Part shown: one piece after another, positions 61,635 to 64,000 of the stretch
Layout: each line of letters opens with the position of its first letter
Position numbering within the stretch: the stretch's first letter is position 1
Source: Candidatus Obscuribacterales bacterium
GTDB lineage: Bacteria; Cyanobacteriota; Vampirovibrionia; Obscuribacterales; Obscuribacteraceae
DNA length: 64,000 nt
Direction of reading: 5' to 3'
Assembly: GCA_965228855.1 (NCBI GenBank)
Contig: CBDDIJ010000002.1
Coordinates: 96,001 to 160,000 of the forward strand
Position numbers and translations under genes: made by a program
The notes under the pieces: generated by a model
Seen by the model: the letters and a program-made list of their open reading frames with translations, nothing else
Databases searched by the model: none
Told to the model about the DNA's origin: nothing

Positions 61635-63191
61635 TCAACGCGTTCGCTCGCGCGCAACTTCGCTCCAAGCGGCGAGTTCCGCCTTCGAAGCGGTACTCGT
61701 GCGCGCCGCCTTCGCGTTTTTCATAACCCGAAGAAACTCCCCGTAAAACCTCTTCGCCTCCGCATGTCGCTTCAACGCCTCAAGCGCCTGTGCTTTGAAG
61801 AAGTAACCTTCAACCCAGTTCTCGTCCCAGAAAAGCGCTCCATTACAAGCCCAAAGCGCATGCTGAAATTCTTTGTTGCGATAAAACGCGATTGCGATCA
61901 ACCGCGACACCTGCTCCGCCATCGTCGAGTCAGAATGCGCAACCCAGATGAAATCAGCGATTGCACCGTCGTAATCGTGCATGTCCATCAAGATCTTGCC
62001 ATGCTGGTGGCGCGCCGACGCATCCGTCGGAGACTGTTTTAGCGCCTTATCTAGAACGCTCAAAGCGCCCTTATAGTCGCCCTTTTCACGCAATTTAAAG
62101 GCTTCCCGCATTCTCGAATCAAACTTTGAAGCGCCTGCGCCCCCACCGCCTTCTGCACCACCATCAGTGGCACCGCTACGTCCAAGAGCACCGCTCTTAG
62201 TACCACTCTTTTGAACACTGGCAACGGCATTTTCCACACTGGAAGAGTAAAAACCTACCGCCATATCTGGTTCATTAATAGACGCCAATTCGAGGTCACG
62301 ACTAGCTTTCGCCTTATCACCCACTTTTTCGTAAGCAAGCGCTCGCAACAAATAGATTCGCCAATAGCCCTTATTATTCTCCAGCGCGAGCGTATAATCT
62401 TTGATAGCTTTCTGGTAGTTCTTCAGAATGTAATAGCAGCGCCCGCGTATCATGTAAGCCAGACCATGCCTCGGATTCATCGCAAGCGTCTTGGTGTAGG
62501 CGTCAATTGCATCGTTAAGTCGATCGAGGTTTATGTACGTAGCGCCGCTAGTGAAAAACATCTGCGCATGCGGCTTTAGTGAACGCGCTTTCTCCAAATC
62601 ACGCAGCCCCAACTCCATGTCAAAAACATATGCGCGACTCGTACCCCGCCAATAAAGCGCGGCAACGTTGTTTGGCTCGAGCGCGAGAATGCGATCGCAG
62701 TCAGCCACTGCATTTTTAAAATCCTTACTGAGCACATAGCTCTTCGCCCTATAGACCAGAGCAGTAGTGCTTTTCGGATTACGTCGTATGATTGCACTAA
62801 AGTCCTTAATCGCAGAACCAAAACGCTCTTCCTGAAGAAAAATGCGTCCTCGCACCATCAACGCCTGGTCATCATCCGGCTTTTCCTTGAGTATGTTTTC
62901 TAAAACAGAAAGCGCTCGATCGATTTTTTTCTTATTGGCCAATGCAACGGCTAGTTGAAGCCGAGGGTTGAGCGGGATCGGTTTCCGGCTTTGCAGTTGC
63001 ACCTGCTGCAGTTTGTCCGGCGATAGATGCGACTCCTTTTTACTGAACTCGGTTCCAACGGACGCGGACCGCTCTCCAGCGTCCGAAGTTGCCTTTGCCA
63101 CCACCGGCGATGACACGATCGTTCCACCAGCCAGTAGCATAAATGCAAACGGCACAATGGGACACTTCACAAATGCTAGCAATTTTTCCAT
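61635..63191 (-). CDS. secreted TPR-repeat protein
   Basis: About 10 TPRs; start near 63191 (the ORF extension to 63362 runs into a repeat core). Confidence 0.85.
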   Translation of the reverse strand: MEKLLAFVKCPIVPFAFMLLAGGTIVSSPVVAKATSDAGERSASVGTEFSKKESHLSPDKLQQVQLQSRKPIPLNPRLQLAVALANKKKIDRALSVLENILKEKPDDDQALMVRGRIFLQEERFGSAIKDFSAIIRRNPKSTTALVYRAKSYVLSKDFKNAVADCDRILALEPNNVAALYWRGTSRAYVFDMELGLRDLEKARSLKPHAQMFFTSGATYINLDRLNDAIDAYTKTLAMNPRHGLAYMIRGRCYYILKNYQKAIKDYTLALENNKGYWRIYLLRALAYEKVGDKAKASRDLELASINEPDMAVGFYSSSVENAVASVQKSGTKSGALGRSGATDGGAEGGGGAGASKFDSRMREAFKLREKGDYKGALSVLDKALKQSPTDASARHQHGKILMDMHDYDGAIADFIWVAHSDSTMAEQVSRLIAIAFYRNKEFQHALWACNGALFWDENWVEGYFFKAQALEALKRHAEAKRFYGEFLRVMKNAKAARTSTASKAELAAWSEVARERTR

Positions 63192-63340
63192 ACCACTCAA
63201 ATGATTTAAGTGTACACCGTCGTATTCGCTCTGGCGAAGTTCGGACCCCGTCCTACATGCCGGTCGCTGCCGGTGAAACGTGATCATTTCAGGTTTCTCA
63301 GACGCCGTTCGTTGTACGCGCCAAACAGAGTCACGCATTT

Positions 63341-63481
63341 TGTCTACGTTGCTATGACGCAATCGGCGAAATCCGGCATCGCCACGTAGCCAAACTTAAC
63401 CCACCCGAACGACCAAACCGACCAATCCCTCTCCCCCAGCCCGATTCCGGAACCCGTTTCTATGATTTTCTATAGTAGTAG
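63341..63481. repeat. Repeat element locus 12: right half (core then arm)
   Basis: Core 63341-63392; TATAGTAG 63471-63478 (86 bp). Confidence 0.85.
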
Positions 63482-63492
63482 AGCTTGAGAAA

Positions 63493-63518
63493 GTGTGATG
63501 GGCTGAAGCCCATCACAC
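63493..63518 (-). terminator. hairpin, probable terminator
   Basis: GTGTGATGGGCT-GA-AGCCCATCACAC followed by TTTC on minus, downstream of the 63526 stop. Confidence 0.65.
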
Positions 63519-63525
63519 CCCGCGT

Positions 63526-63990
63526 TTAGTGGCTGTGGTTGAAGCCGAAACGCACCTCGACCTCGCCCTCGTCGGTGTCGACGGAGATGACGCGGTCGAA
63601 CTTCTCGCAGCAGCCGCCCTCGAGCGTCTTCGCGTAGCGCGCCTCTTCCGCCTCGTTGCCGACGCGTGCGATGCGCAGGTTGTTGGCGTGCGGCCACTTC
63701 TTCCACGCGAAGAACTCGCTGTGGACGAGACGCATGGCGGCCGAAACCAGCTCGCTGGACCACCCCCAGCTCTTCAGCTTGTCCTCGATGCCGGGACCGC
63801 CGAGACACTTGAAGTCGTCCTGGCGCGCGAAGTTGCGCACGTAGTCCGGGCGACCGTTCGGGCCGAGGACCTTGCAGCCGAGCCGGCGCTGCTCGAGCGC
63901 GGCGGACTGCTCCTCGAGCGTCGACCATTCGCCATCGAAACATACGCGCTGCACGCCGTACTCGACGTAGCCCACGCGCTCTTCCAGCAT
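63526..63990 (-). CDS. hypothetical protein (may start beyond the window)
   Basis: Strong GC3 bias; frame open to the window edge. Confidence 0.7.
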   Translation of the reverse strand: MLEERVGYVEYGVQRVCFDGEWSTLEEQSAALEQRRLGCKVLGPNGRPDYVRNFARQDDFKCLGGPGIEDKLKSWGWSSELVSAAMRLVHSEFFAWKKWPHANNLRIARVGNEAEEARYAKTLEGGCCEKFDRVISVDTDEGEVEVRFGFNHSH

Positions 63991-64000
63991 CCGCGCCGCC

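Overview
Bacterial chromosomal window with about 50 CDS. Gene style is weakly suggestive of Melainabacteria/Obscuribacterales, but this is not established. No rRNA, tRNA, CRISPR array, transposase or integrase was recognised. Genes identified include tldD/tldE (pmbA), C26, S53 and HtpX peptidases, two metallophosphoesterases, an SDR plus a NadE-like protein, ppa, a nucleoside hydrolase plus Nudix pair, thioredoxin, a two-motif PLD, a SulP/ArsR/Usp/carbonic-anhydrase-like module with 12-2-12 operators, leucine dehydrogenase, TetR plus O-methyltransferase, a class V aminotransferase, a poly-gamma-glutamate hydrolase and several TPR proteins. The main unexplained signal is a dispersed intergenic repeat family at 12 loci (16 full and 2 partial cores). 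Each core is a fixed 52-bp quasi-palindrome of two 19-bp boxes (YGKCWA-N7-NNGMCR) around a 14-bp GATTT-N4-AAATC spacer. Cores are accompanied by outlying CTACTATA-type arm boxes at about 75, 86, 97 or 110 bp, i.e. steps of about 11 bp. The family occurs as symmetric 'empty' ~250-bp arm-core-arm elements, as tandem arm-core units, and as inward-facing halves bracketing single genes. One bracketed gene is a stand-alone PLD-nuclease-HTH fusion, proposed here, by inference only, as the candidate cognate enzyme. All coordinates and alignments were done by eye.
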